From Escherichia phage vB_EcoM_FB: a stretch of DNA of 64,000 nucleotides. Positions 18,797-27,386 of the stretch are shown in pieces; positions within the stretch are counted from its first letter, which is position 1, and every line of letters starts with the position of its first letter. The position numbers and the translations under genes are program-made. The notes beneath the pieces are model-generated. The model was given only the letters and a program-made list of their open reading frames with translations. It was not told the DNA's origin and did not search any database. Where the stretch lies: the sequence record MT682711.1; one strand, given 5' to 3'.

Positions 18797-20881
18797 TTAC
18801 CCTTGGATGAATTTTTCTGGGATGTCATAGAGGTCTATGCATGAAGCCAAAAGAGGCAGTACATCAAACCGTGTAGATTTAACAAATGAATCAAAAGATA
18901 CGGGGCTTTCGGAAGTATCGAAGTCATCTTGATATACGACCAACTCGCCGGTTTCCATTAGTACGTCACCATCATATACCACAGATTCTTGAAGCTCATC
19001 TGTTGTCATAACTTCAGCTTGGATGAGTTTTGTATTACTAGATGTTGTTCCATCATTATTAGAAGCATCTGTTATTTTATTAACTTTGACCATTAATCCA
19101 CGCGGTAGAATAACTTCGGCTTCAGTTGCTATTCCGAGATTTCCTGGATATACGACATTAACTTTATGAGCCCCATCAATGGCCCATCCTATTTGAACCT
19201 TAACGTAATCGGGATTTTCCTTATACGCTCTTATTTCATTAGGATTAATAGTTATTCCTTCTTCATTTTTATCAACTGTCAATTCGTTGCGAACTTCCGG
19301 TTCTAAAAGACCAATACCAGCGTGCGTAACACCAAAACGTCCGAAAATTATAGGAGTTAAAGAAGTAGATACAAAATTTCTAAAATAAAACACTTTATTT
19401 TTAACTAGTGCTTCGTATATAGGAGCAGTCATACTCTGGGCACGATAAACTGTAATGCCTTCCGGTATACGGTCACCATTTTCAAAAGCTGAATCTAAAT
19501 TATTTACAGCGGATTCGATATCTTTTTCGCTCATAACCTCATAGTTCTGAGGATTATAACGTCCTAAAAGAAGATTATTTATGTCTGTATATCCTGAACC
19601 ACAATATTCTCTGATGCCGCGCTTTTGTGATGGGGTATATTTAGAGCCCTCACGAGCAATAGTAATATCGACCATAATACCACCACCTACACCAGCAAAA
19701 CTATACACACGTTTTTTAATGAACTTAGTCTTGGCTGCTTTCCACTTGGACTCGGTTAATTCATTCCAGACGTCGTCAGGTTGGCCTTTACGAGTTCTGT
19801 TATGGATAGCCAGCCACTCGCCTTTATATTCTTCGAAAATGGTATTAATGGTAGAGGCATATTTTTCCAGGGCTTTAACAGATGTCAAAGGTTCATTTTT
19901 GATAGCTGTAAGAATTTTCTCTTTAATTTTCTCTTGGATTTCACCAATACCGTGAAGTGGGAACAATTTATAGTCGTAATGCAATTCTTCAGCAGTGCCT
20001 TCAGCTACTATATTAGCAACCTTATTTTTAGCCGCAGGAGAATTGTTATTAGTGACCATTTCCTGGGCCTCAGGGATTAATGGAACTGTTGCCGGTTTAT
20101 TAAAATCTACTGCAGTAGCTTCATATTTCTTAAACAGCTCACTTTCATTACGATAAGATTCTAACGATTGACTTGCCGCAATAGCACGTCGAGAAATCTT
20201 AGTCTTGGTTATAACCATTTTATCAGTGCGACGTTCTTCAACCTTAGCAATACTACCGGCGATAGCAGTTTCTTTAGTAACCTGCACGCCTTCTTTTTTA
20301 GAAATATAAACTTCACCGACATCAGAATCTACCTTAGTATACAATTCAGCATTAATTCCAGGCATACCTTTGATATCTTCTATATCAGCTTGTTTACGAA
20401 CTACCAGGATGTAAGTATGTTTACCGGTAAATTGGTACATAGCCGGAACTACTTTAAAACGTCCACCTGTTTTCTGTGCTACCAAACGTTGGATAATCCG
20501 TTGAACGATAGGGCCTTGACCTTTCATTTTCTTAGTAGGGAAACGGAACATCACGGCATCCATACGAAGCTTTTTAACTTGGTCATAAACCACATCAAAA
20601 ATAGTATTAATCGCATCTACGGGAGTAGGGCCTAGGCCACCTTTAAGTTCGGCAGGCGAACCTTTAGCTGAAAGGCTCATAAGGATAACGTGGGCATATT
20701 TATCACCCATCTTAACCTGTTTAATAGCATCACCTTCAGAAGCGTAGGATACCATACGCGCCACTAATTGGGATTCTGCGTCACCAATCTTCCAAATCTG
20801 GGGTACTTTAAGTTTTGGGTTCAAGTTTACTGTAGGCAGTGTGCCTTCGGACTCAAACACTTCATTTAATTGTTCGGTCAT
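18797..20881 (-). CDS. Alt-family ADP-ribosyltransferase paralog (copy 2)
   Basis: 694 aa; same motifs (YRAQ, FRNFVSTSL, EAEV); full-length similarity to copy 1, divergent middle third. Confidence 0.8.
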   Translation of the reverse strand: MTEQLNEVFESEGTLPTVNLNPKLKVPQIWKIGDAESQLVARMVSYASEGDAIKQVKMGDKYAHVILMSLSAKGSPAELKGGLGPTPVDAINTIFDVVYDQVKKLRMDAVMFRFPTKKMKGQGPIVQRIIQRLVAQKTGGRFKVVPAMYQFTGKHTYILVVRKQADIEDIKGMPGINAELYTKVDSDVGEVYISKKEGVQVTKETAIAGSIAKVEERRTDKMVITKTKISRRAIAASQSLESYRNESELFKKYEATAVDFNKPATVPLIPEAQEMVTNNNSPAAKNKVANIVAEGTAEELHYDYKLFPLHGIGEIQEKIKEKILTAIKNEPLTSVKALEKYASTINTIFEEYKGEWLAIHNRTRKGQPDDVWNELTESKWKAAKTKFIKKRVYSFAGVGGGIMVDITIAREGSKYTPSQKRGIREYCGSGYTDINNLLLGRYNPQNYEVMSEKDIESAVNNLDSAFENGDRIPEGITVYRAQSMTAPIYEALVKNKVFYFRNFVSTSLTPIIFGRFGVTHAGIGLLEPEVRNELTVDKNEEGITINPNEIRAYKENPDYVKVQIGWAIDGAHKVNVVYPGNLGIATEAEVILPRGLMVKVNKITDASNNDGTTSSNTKLIQAEVMTTDELQESVVYDGDVLMETGELVVYQDDFDTSESPVSFDSFVKSTRFDVLPLLASCIDLYDIPEKFIQG

Positions 20882-20913
20882 AATAATTCCTCTTTAATAA
20901 CCTTATTTATGCC

Positions 20914-20931
20914 AGAAAAGGCCCGAAGGCC
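20914..20931. terminator. hairpin upstream of alt copy 2
   Basis: AAAGGCC-cgaa-GGCCTTT. Confidence 0.5.
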
Positions 20932-20935
20932 TTTA

Positions 20936-21118
20936 TTAAAGTACTAACAGCGTACGGTACACTTCAAATTTAGGACCCTTTTCATAGCGGTCGAAATTAT
21001 CTTTAAAATCAGCGAACGCGATTTCATTTTCAAATTCAAGGACAATTTGGGACACTGCAGTGGAGACATCCCCACCTTCTTTATATCCAATAACCACGGT
21101 TTCTAAATAAGCTTTCAT
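20936..21118 (-). CDS. hypothetical small protein (60 aa)
   Basis: start re-set to ATG 21118, one nt after the ligase stop. Confidence 0.45.
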   Translation of the reverse strand: MKAYLETVVIGYKEGGDVSTAVSQIVLEFENEIAFADFKDNFDRYEKGPKFEVYRTLLVL

Positions 21119-21119
21119 A

Positions 21120-22643
21120 TTATAGACCAGTTTGAGACCAATCACCGAATACATCTTCAAATGTATCAGCTTCTGTTTTATCGAAACGCCAACCTTTAAT
21201 GATTGGAAGGAAAATACCTACAGTATCAGTACGTCCTTTAGAATGAACCCAACCATTACATTCACAGTCAGCAATACGTCCAATCAACTTACCTTCACGA
21301 GCTTGTTTCATAAGAAGTTCACGGTCTAAATCAGGACGGTCTTCCAATGGAATCAATACCTTTTTACCTGATTTATCTTTCTTATGGGTAGTATCTTTAA
21401 AGCCTGAACCACAGTCACTTGTAATTCGACGACAACGTGATACTAACTCAACACCACCTAGTTTGTTAGGGTCCTTCGAGTGTTCATAATAACCTACCAC
21501 TTCTAAAGCGATATCGATTACTTCTTTGAACTTGATAAGATTCTTAGAACGGCGGTTTTCCCAGTAGGAGTCCATGTTCTTAAGGATAATGCCTTCCAGA
21601 CCTTGGTCGACATATTTCTTATAAACGACTTTAGCTTCTTCAAGATTATTAACCCACTGGTTTTCGATAGCTTCAACACGCGTTGTGCCATGCAATACGA
21701 CATTATGAGCCACCATAAGTTCTAAGGCTGTAAAGCGTACATCATACTTATCGCCTTTAATTTTGCCTTCAGAATACACGACATCCAGTGGGACATAATC
21801 CCATGCCTGTAATACCATACCAGCGGCTTCAGTAGCCGAAATAGTTCCTTGAAGAGCCTTATTAGCCAATCCATTTGACGTAGAACGATCGGCGACAGTT
21901 TGGAATTCCTTAGCCTTACTTAATTCAGGAAGTTCCTCGTCAAACATACTAAACAAATCATTAGATGCTTTAGGTTCTACCTTAGGAGTATGGTAAACTA
22001 ATTCGCCATCAATCATAACGCCATTAGGATGGCGTTGTCGAGCTTCTTCGGTCATGGCCATTAATTCAGCCGCCAAAAGATTAAGCCCTTGATATTCGTT
22101 ACCACCACGAGTAAGGAATGTCACACCATCGTTACGAACTTCGGCAAAACAACGAGCACCATCAGCTTTTAATTGAGCAAACGCTGGCCATTTAATATTT
22201 TTCTTAATCAAAGCTTCATCATAAGAACTCGCCAACATCTGCGGTTGTTCAGGGATTAAACCTTTCCAACCCTTGTTAGCAATAGAAATCGATGCACCAC
22301 ATTCAAGGTCGCGCATCATTACACGACGTAATACCTCGGCATCCGGGGCCTTAGCATCAGCAATGATTTGAGCCAGTTCTTCAATAGCCGCATTACCCGT
22401 AATCTTACGTGTGGCTAATGTGAATTCAGCGAAATCAAGAAGGTCTTCAAGAGTAATCATACCAAAGGATTGAGATGTAAATCCAGGTTCTGGCCACTTT
22501 TTAATACCGTAGTTCAGACGACGGGTATAAGCCATACGATAAACACGTTTCAGAAGCTCATTGTCCTTTTCACGAGCAATAATGGCTTCTTTAGCTTTAG
22601 TAGAATCAATAGCAGCAATTTCGTTTAAAATATCTAAAATCAT
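21120..22643 (-). CDS. 30: ATP-dependent DNA ligase gp30
   Basis: start re-set to ATG 22643 (MILDILNEIAA); KADGAR adenylation motif; GAGGTGATT SD. Confidence 0.95.
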   Translation of the reverse strand: MILDILNEIAAIDSTKAKEAIIAREKDNELLKRVYRMAYTRRLNYGIKKWPEPGFTSQSFGMITLEDLLDFAEFTLATRKITGNAAIEELAQIIADAKAPDAEVLRRVMMRDLECGASISIANKGWKGLIPEQPQMLASSYDEALIKKNIKWPAFAQLKADGARCFAEVRNDGVTFLTRGGNEYQGLNLLAAELMAMTEEARQRHPNGVMIDGELVYHTPKVEPKASNDLFSMFDEELPELSKAKEFQTVADRSTSNGLANKALQGTISATEAAGMVLQAWDYVPLDVVYSEGKIKGDKYDVRFTALELMVAHNVVLHGTTRVEAIENQWVNNLEEAKVVYKKYVDQGLEGIILKNMDSYWENRRSKNLIKFKEVIDIALEVVGYYEHSKDPNKLGGVELVSRCRRITSDCGSGFKDTTHKKDKSGKKVLIPLEDRPDLDRELLMKQAREGKLIGRIADCECNGWVHSKGRTDTVGIFLPIIKGWRFDKTEADTFEDVFGDWSQTGL

Positions 22644-22653
22644 AATCACCTCA

Positions 22654-22932
22654 TTAGTCATGGATTCTATTATAAGCCACATCAGCCAAAAGCAAGTCTA
22701 ATCGCTTATGATAAGAGAACACAAATCTCATTCGCCCATCAGATTTGAACTTGGACATAAAGTGGACATAAATGAATCCCTGTTCGACGCATTCGCGCCA
22801 AACAGGATGGTCTTTAGCCGGATTTACATCAAATGAGTAATCATGATTCACATGACGAATAAACTGGTTTACATGGCCATAATCCATTGTAGTGGTAGGA
22901 CCATAGTCTGAAATTGTATGAACTACAAACAT
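22654..22932 (-). CDS. hypothetical protein (30.1 position)
   Basis: start re-set to ATG 22932 with GAGGTTAAT SD. Confidence 0.5.
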   Translation of the reverse strand: MFVVHTISDYGPTTTMDYGHVNQFIRHVNHDYSFDVNPAKDHPVWRECVEQGFIYVHFMSKFKSDGRMRFVFSYHKRLDLLLADVAYNRIHD

Positions 22933-22933
22933 A

Positions 22934-23572
22934 TTAACCTCGAGCAATCCATTCAACTGCGGCATTATTACGAAGGGATTCGATTGCTGCGATATCGTCC
23001 CATGAATTAACCTTTACGGCCAAATTAGGTTTAAAGTCACGTTCACCACGAGCCAACCAATAAACTTGGATATCCATGAGAACATTAGATGCGGCATCAC
23101 AGTGGTGAGCCAAATCATCAACATAAAACTTAATACGTTTACCGTACGTATTTTTAGCTCTTATGAAGAGGTCTTCTTTTGATTCTGAATGACCACACAT
23201 CAGAATCTCCTTGAATGCGCCAGGGAACAAAGCATTCAAATTGAATTGTCTATTCAGCAGTGCATCAATTGAGTCGCCTAGCGCAGTCACGGCTACAAAA
23301 TCGAAGTCTTTTTTGAGCTTGTTGATATGTTTTAATGCGTCCATGTAAGGAGACAGATAACGAATAAAATCTGACTGATTGTACTTCTCGATTAAACGAG
23401 CGCCTAATTCATTATCACAATTAAACAGCTCACCAGGAGATAAGAAACGTTCGTCCTGAATCATATTCAAAATATGTTCTAAAGGCAAATTATATTTCTG
23501 TGCGAAATAAGGCAAGCCGGACTGCCAACTTAAACATACTCCATCGATATCTGTTAAGATAACTGGTTTCAT
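22934..23572 (-). CDS. HAD-superfamily hydrolase-like protein (30.2 position)
   Basis: N-terminal ILTDIDGV matches HAD motif I (DxDGx). Confidence 0.6.
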   Translation of the reverse strand: MKPVILTDIDGVCLSWQSGLPYFAQKYNLPLEHILNMIQDERFLSPGELFNCDNELGARLIEKYNQSDFIRYLSPYMDALKHINKLKKDFDFVAVTALGDSIDALLNRQFNLNALFPGAFKEILMCGHSESKEDLFIRAKNTYGKRIKFYVDDLAHHCDAASNVLMDIQVYWLARGERDFKPNLAVKVNSWDDIAAIESLRNNAAVEWIARG

Positions 23573-24027
23573 AATAAATCTCTCAATTTGTTTAGGATGT
23601 CGATAAACTCTTTTTCAGTTAGTATTGTATCACATTCTGTAAGGTGGCTCGCCATCGAATGCTTTAAAACTTTGCCCTTTGTAGCTTGTAATGCGTCGCG
23701 GAATCCTTTGTTTTGGAGCGCTGCTTCAAAATATGCATTTGTATACAACTCTTTCCATGATGTAGAGTATCTTGAAAAGGGAATTCCAAGCCAGAAAAGC
23801 GTCCCACGGTCCGCAGCTCTTGCATAAGCTCTTCCAGTTTGTTGTGCGGCCAGACCGGACATCCCAAATATACGTTTTTGTTGTTCATGATTTCTCACCT
23901 TACACCCTTGGAGGAATCCTTCGAGCCCTCCAAATTGGATACCATCCATAACGAAAGGCCATTTAGCAAAGTTACTTAATGCACACGATGGCCATGGAAA
24001 ATTGCTTCTTATTTCTAACTCAGACAT
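23569..24027 (-). CDS. NADAR (YbiA/DUF1768)-like protein
   Basis: LSNFAKWPFVMDGIQFGGLEGFLQ resembles the YbiA FSNFAAWPIKVDG core; start re-set to ATG 24027. Confidence 0.55.
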   Translation of the reverse strand: MSELEIRSNFPWPSCALSNFAKWPFVMDGIQFGGLEGFLQGCKVRNHEQQKRIFGMSGLAAQQTGRAYARAADRGTLFWLGIPFSRYSTSWKELYTNAYFEAALQNKGFRDALQATKGKVLKHSMASHLTECDTILTEKEFIDILNKLRDLL

Positions 24028-24232
24028 CTTTGACACTTATAATTTCGACATCAGCCCAATGACCATAACCAGGTAGACGGTCTTCAATAGATAATCCGCC
24101 ATCAGATTTCAGCATTTTAATTGTTTTAGTATATGGTTCATCTTGCGGATGCACAGGAGATAAATCAGTTACACGATAAGTCACTTCGACCATTTCCGTA
24201 CCTAATAATTTCTGAATCAATTTCTTAAACAT
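24020..24232 (-). CDS. hypothetical protein (70 aa)
   Basis: ORF with TAATATG junction to upstream gene. Confidence 0.45.
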   Translation of the reverse strand: MFKKLIQKLLGTEMVEVTYRVTDLSPVHPQDEPYTKTIKMLKSDGGLSIEDRLPGYGHWADVEIISVKDV

Positions 24233-24233
24233 A

Positions 24234-24428
24234 TTATCCTCGCTTTAAACATTTGATTACAGACAGTTCACCGCCCATGCGAACGTCTTCAGTTCCATCG
24301 ACCCATAGGACGGTGTAGGCTTCTTTAATAGTAACATTACCTAATTTAAAAGCAGGTAGAACCTTTGAAATCATTCCAGGAATACCTACGCCTTTTAACT
24401 GGACTGTTTGCGATAAAAATAGTTGCAT
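24234..24428 (-). CDS. hypothetical protein (64 aa)
   Basis: ORF with TAATG junction. Confidence 0.45.
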   Translation of the reverse strand: MQLFLSQTVQLKGVGIPGMISKVLPAFKLGNVTIKEAYTVLWVDGTEDVRMGGELSVIKCLKRG

Positions 24429-24715
24429 TAGAACCTCATCTGAAAGCCGTGTGATTTAACATTACCGCCGTAGATGTCAGAGGTGTTGACTTCACGGGCG
24501 GCACTAGGGTCGATATTGATATCACGGTTGAGCTTAGTGATTGCTAAGGTATCACGACCATTAACAGTACGGAATTCTACTGGACATACAACATCAGCAT
24601 AGGCCTTAATAGATTCACGAGTAGGTTGTTTGTCGGCAGGAACGTCTTTACCTGCTTTAGAGAAAACAACTTCACAGAAATTTTTACGAGTATCGAAATA
24701 AGTGGTCATAAACAT
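24428..24715 (-). CDS. hypothetical protein (95 aa)
   Basis: start re-set to ATG 24715 with GAGGAAAAT SD, downstream of the hairpin at 24731. Confidence 0.5.
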   Translation of the reverse strand: MFMTTYFDTRKNFCEVVFSKAGKDVPADKQPTRESIKAYADVVCPVEFRTVNGRDTLAITKLNRDINIDPSAAREVNTSDIYGGNVKSHGFQMRF

Positions 24716-24730
24716 AATATTTTCCTCAAA

Positions 24731-24746
24731 GGAGGCCGAAGCCTCC
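24731..24746. terminator. UUCG-tetraloop hairpin (GGAGGC-UUCG-GCCUCC on mRNA)
   Basis: identical 16-nt hairpin recurs at 63042..63057, each followed by an SD. Confidence 0.5.
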
Positions 24747-24756
24747 ATTTTTAAGA

Positions 24757-25122
24757 TTAGATGTCGAATTCGTTCAGAACTACATCAAAGATTGCTTCCA
24801 GGTGTTCAGGTTTAGCTCGGTTGCTCAGGATGTGACGAATCCAAGTTTTAACCAGAAGCTTACGATTAACACCGTTCCAGCAAGGATGGGTACCTAAATC
24901 ACGTTGACGGAAATCATCATCTAAAGCGATTTTAAAAGTAGAACCTTCCATTGTGATTGAAACCGTAATACCATTTTCAAAGCGCATATAAACGTAGTTA
25001 GGAGTCATGCACTGTTCGATTTCGCACACCGCGCCGTTGTTGTGTTTCCACAGGCAAATAACTTCAGAAGAACCAGCGATACCGTTAGAAACATATTTAC
25101 GTTCGAAGTTGATGTAGTTCAT
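24757..25122 (-). CDS. hypothetical protein (121 aa)
   Basis: CTGGAGAATAAA SD; leader duplicated from the next gene upstream. Confidence 0.5.
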   Translation of the reverse strand: MNYINFERKYVSNGIAGSSEVICLWKHNNGAVCEIEQCMTPNYVYMRFENGITVSITMEGSTFKIALDDDFRQRDLGTHPCWNGVNRKLLVKTWIRHILSNRAKPEHLEAIFDVVLNEFDI

Positions 25123-25149
25123 TTTATTCTCCAGTTTGTTTTCGTATTA

Positions 25150-25186
25150 TTTGGTACAGGTCTATAATAACACAACCTGTACCAAA
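25150..25186. other. strong intercistronic hairpin (11 bp perfect stem, 15 nt loop)
   Basis: TTTGGTACAGG / CCTGTACCAAA; loop carries a degenerate -10-like TATTATAGA. Confidence 0.6.
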
Positions 25187-25195
25187 GTAAAACAT

Positions 25196-25528
25196 TTATT
25201 TCACAACATTCCAATTTTTCATATCAAGTTTACCAACTTTTTTCATCTGAGCAATCAGACGTTCAGCACGTGTACGGGCATTAACATAATAGAATTCACC
25301 ATTTTTGTTTTCTTCAATACGACCAGTAATTACAGTTTTCAGTTCATAAATCCAACCTGTAAAGAAGTTGTGAAGCTCGATGGTGAATGTAAAATCAGTA
25401 CCCATACCTTCAGTTGTTTCAACTTCGATGATATCACCTTCAACTGCAGTCAGGACCCACATGGTTTCTTGATATTCACCGTTGAAACATTTAGCTTTAA
25501 CAGATGCATTCAGATTTACAGTTTTCAT
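25196..25528 (-). CDS. hypothetical protein (110 aa)
   Basis: ATG with GGAGAATAAA SD and its own early promoter. Confidence 0.5.
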   Translation of the reverse strand: MKTVNLNASVKAKCFNGEYQETMWVLTAVEGDIIEVETTEGMGTDFTFTIELHNFFTGWIYELKTVITGRIEENKNGEFYYVNARTRAERLIAQMKKVGKLDMKNWNVVK

Positions 25529-25569
25529 TTTATTCTCCAGTTTGTTTTAGTATTATTTGGTACATGTCT

Positions 25570-25598
25570 ATAGTATCATGCCTACCGGAGATGTACAC
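25570..25598 (-). promoter_or_regulatory. early promoter variant (TGTACA ... TACTAT)
   Basis: RC reads GTGTACAtctccggtaggcatgaTACTATAGA. Confidence 0.45.
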
Positions 25599-25626
25599 CC
25601 TTTTTTAAAGATTTAGAAACAAAAAT

Positions 25627-25644
25627 GGGACTCCGAAGAGTCCC
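25627..25644. terminator. UUCG/CGAA-loop hairpin
   Basis: GGGACTC-cgaa-GAGTCCC just downstream of the small ORF stop. Confidence 0.55.
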
Positions 25645-25649
25645 ATAAC

Positions 25650-25811
25650 TTATGCCTGAGGCTTACCAAAGCAAGCAGCATCTGCACGCAATACTGCACG
25701 AGCACGAGCTTGAAGCTTATCAACTACCTGATTGATACGCTTGTTGGACGCACGCTTGTAACCAGCGCGTTTAGAGGTACCGTCAACTACTTTAACTTCT
25801 TTCTTAGCCAT
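25650..25811 (-). CDS. small basic protein (53 aa), unassigned
   Basis: MAKKEVKVVDGTSKRAGYKRASNKRINQ...; CGT/GGT/AAA-rich codon use; terminator immediately downstream; weak SD. Confidence 0.4.
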   Translation of the reverse strand: MAKKEVKVVDGTSKRAGYKRASNKRINQVVDKLQARARAVLRADAACFGKPQA

Positions 25812-26073
25812 TTTAAATCTCTTAAATTAGGATGCAGGACTTATTGGCGTTGCCTGCGCAAGCCCTCAAGGGGAACATAGGTTTCGGATATTTAACGACA
25901 GGATAACCATAAACCTCGTCATCATACCAACCACGACTTAGACAGATAACCTTTTTCTGACGCGTGATAGTACAAAATACATTCAAGAGGTACACCGTAA
26001 AACTGTTGGGGTCTTAAAACTATAATGATTCGCAAATCATTAATCAAACAGTTCGACGGCTCCTCGATTTAAC

Positions 26074-26322
26074 TTACTTCAGGGTAATAATAAAATGACG
26101 TACTGCTTTACGAGCTGCTGAAGCCAAAGGCTTAGCAAATTTCAGTTCATCTTTAGCTTCCAGTTCAGCAGCCAGAGTAGCCTGAGCAGGATTCAGATGT
26201 TTGAAATAACGCAGGATTTCCAGTGCTTCGGCTTCAACATCAATAGATGCGCCGTAGTTTTCGTGACCGTTGTTCCAAGCGTTGCGTTGCAGTTCAAGAG
26301 CGTGATTCAATTGTTTGTTCAT
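26074..26322 (-). CDS. rIII: rIII lysis inhibition accessory protein
   Basis: 82 aa; MNKQLNHALELQRNAWNNGHENYGASIDVEAEALEILRYF matches recalled T4 rIII. Confidence 0.85.
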   Translation of the reverse strand: MNKQLNHALELQRNAWNNGHENYGASIDVEAEALEILRYFKHLNPAQATLAAELEAKDELKFAKPLASAARKAVRHFIITLK

Positions 26323-26468
26323 TTTAGTTTCTCAATTCGAGATAAAGATTGGTGGACACGTTCTTCTGAATTTCACTTCCTTTCGGCAAGTCTCTCAGTT
26401 GTAGTCCACCGCTTAGGATTCTCCGGTTAACTAACTAGTCCGGCAGCCAATCCATATTATTATTTATA

Positions 26469-26792
26469 TCACTTATAAAGGCAAGGAATAGCTTTATAGT
26501 GACAGGTAACGAATTTTTGTTTAATTTCTTTAGGTTGTTTAATACCCAATGCAACCAACGGATGAGGCACGTTAGCAATCTTACCAACAGGAAGTGGAGT
26601 CAAATCGCCTACTTCACAAAAATCTTCAGGGACATCAGGTCCTACAGAATAAATTTCACAAAGTTCAGGGATTTCACCTTGATGAAGTTTGCCAATAACG
26701 ATACCAGATGCAGTAGTTTCTTCATCACCAGCTTGTTTTGGTTCGGAAACGAGAATAACATATTCTCCGACCGCTTTAATAGGAAGTTCCAT
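26469..26792 (-). CDS. 31: gp31 head assembly co-chaperonin (GroES-like)
   Basis: 107 aa; [12 protein letters not shown]...[12 protein letters not shown]...[23 protein letters not shown] as in T4 gp31. Confidence 0.9.
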   Translation of the reverse strand: MELPIKAVGEYVILVSEPKQAGDEETTASGIVIGKLHQGEIPELCEIYSVGPDVPEDFCEVGDLTPLPVGKIANVPHPLVALGIKQPKEIKQKFVTCHYKAIPCLYK

Positions 26793-26823
26793 ATTTAATC
26801 CATGTTGTTTTGTTGATAAGATA

Positions 26824-26848
26824 ATATTATCACATTATTCTTAAAGCA
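26824..26848 (-). promoter_or_regulatory. putative middle promoter for gene 31 (MotA box TGCTTTA, 11 nt, TAATAT)
   Basis: RC reads taTGCTTTAagaataatgtgaTAATAT. Confidence 0.45.
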
Positions 26849-26850
26849 TA

Positions 26851-27150
26851 TTACATGACAAGCAGAGTTTCAGTCTGGAGCCCATTAACAGAAACCAGTT
26901 TATCGAAACGGAACGAGCGCCATTCGTTGAGCTTAGTATCAAATACCCTGATATAGCTAACAGGTTCTTTACTAGCTTCTGGCTTAGGGGCCTGGATTTC
27001 TTTATATGGGAGCAGGTCCAGGTCGCGAGTACAAGTCATACGACGGACACTGCCATCTGCTTTTTCAAACAGAACTTCATGAAAGCCGACAGACAAGATA
27101 GTCTTGACTTTTTCACGAAGACAGATAGTTTCTTGTTCAGTTAAAATCAT
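26851..27150 (-). CDS. hypothetical protein (99 aa)
   Basis: ORF between gene 31 and cd. Confidence 0.45.
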   Translation of the reverse strand: MILTEQETICLREKVKTILSVGFHEVLFEKADGSVRRMTCTRDLDLLPYKEIQAPKPEASKEPVSYIRVFDTKLNEWRSFRFDKLVSVNGLQTETLLVM

Positions 27151-27152
27151 AA

Positions 27153-27386
27153 TTATTCCAAGACAGTTTTAATAGTGGTTGCATTACGCTCTTTTAGAGC
27201 ACTTAATAGGTTACGGCAATTATCAAGAATAGGCACCGTTTTATATTTCATGTCGGGATAAACCCACTCAGATTTATAGTACGATTTCCACCGAGAGAAA
27301 AAGTACTTTTTGTATTCTACTGAAAAGGCTACTAAGCTTTCACCTTTTGAGTTCAGACCTGAAAACTTAACTAAACGAAATTTCAT
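27153..27386 (-). CDS. hypothetical protein (77 aa)
   Basis: ORF; cd stop overlaps its start (TAATG). Confidence 0.45.
   Translation of the reverse strand: MKFRLVKFSGLNSKGESLVAFSVEYKKYFFSRWKSYYKSEWVYPDMKYKTVPILDNCRNLLSALKERNATTIKTVLE

Noticed and set aside
25812-26073. tRNA or CRISPR-like element in the ORF-poor interval
   Set aside because: No acceptor-stem/T-loop arrangement and no direct repeat-spacer periodicity visible by eye; only small hairpins. Left as a candidate ncRNA region, not called.
26461-26468. Minus-strand TATAAATA overlapping the gene 31 stop, possibly a late promoter for rIII
   Set aside because: Would give a ~140-nt leader and overlaps coding sequence; plausible but unsupported, so not listed as a feature.
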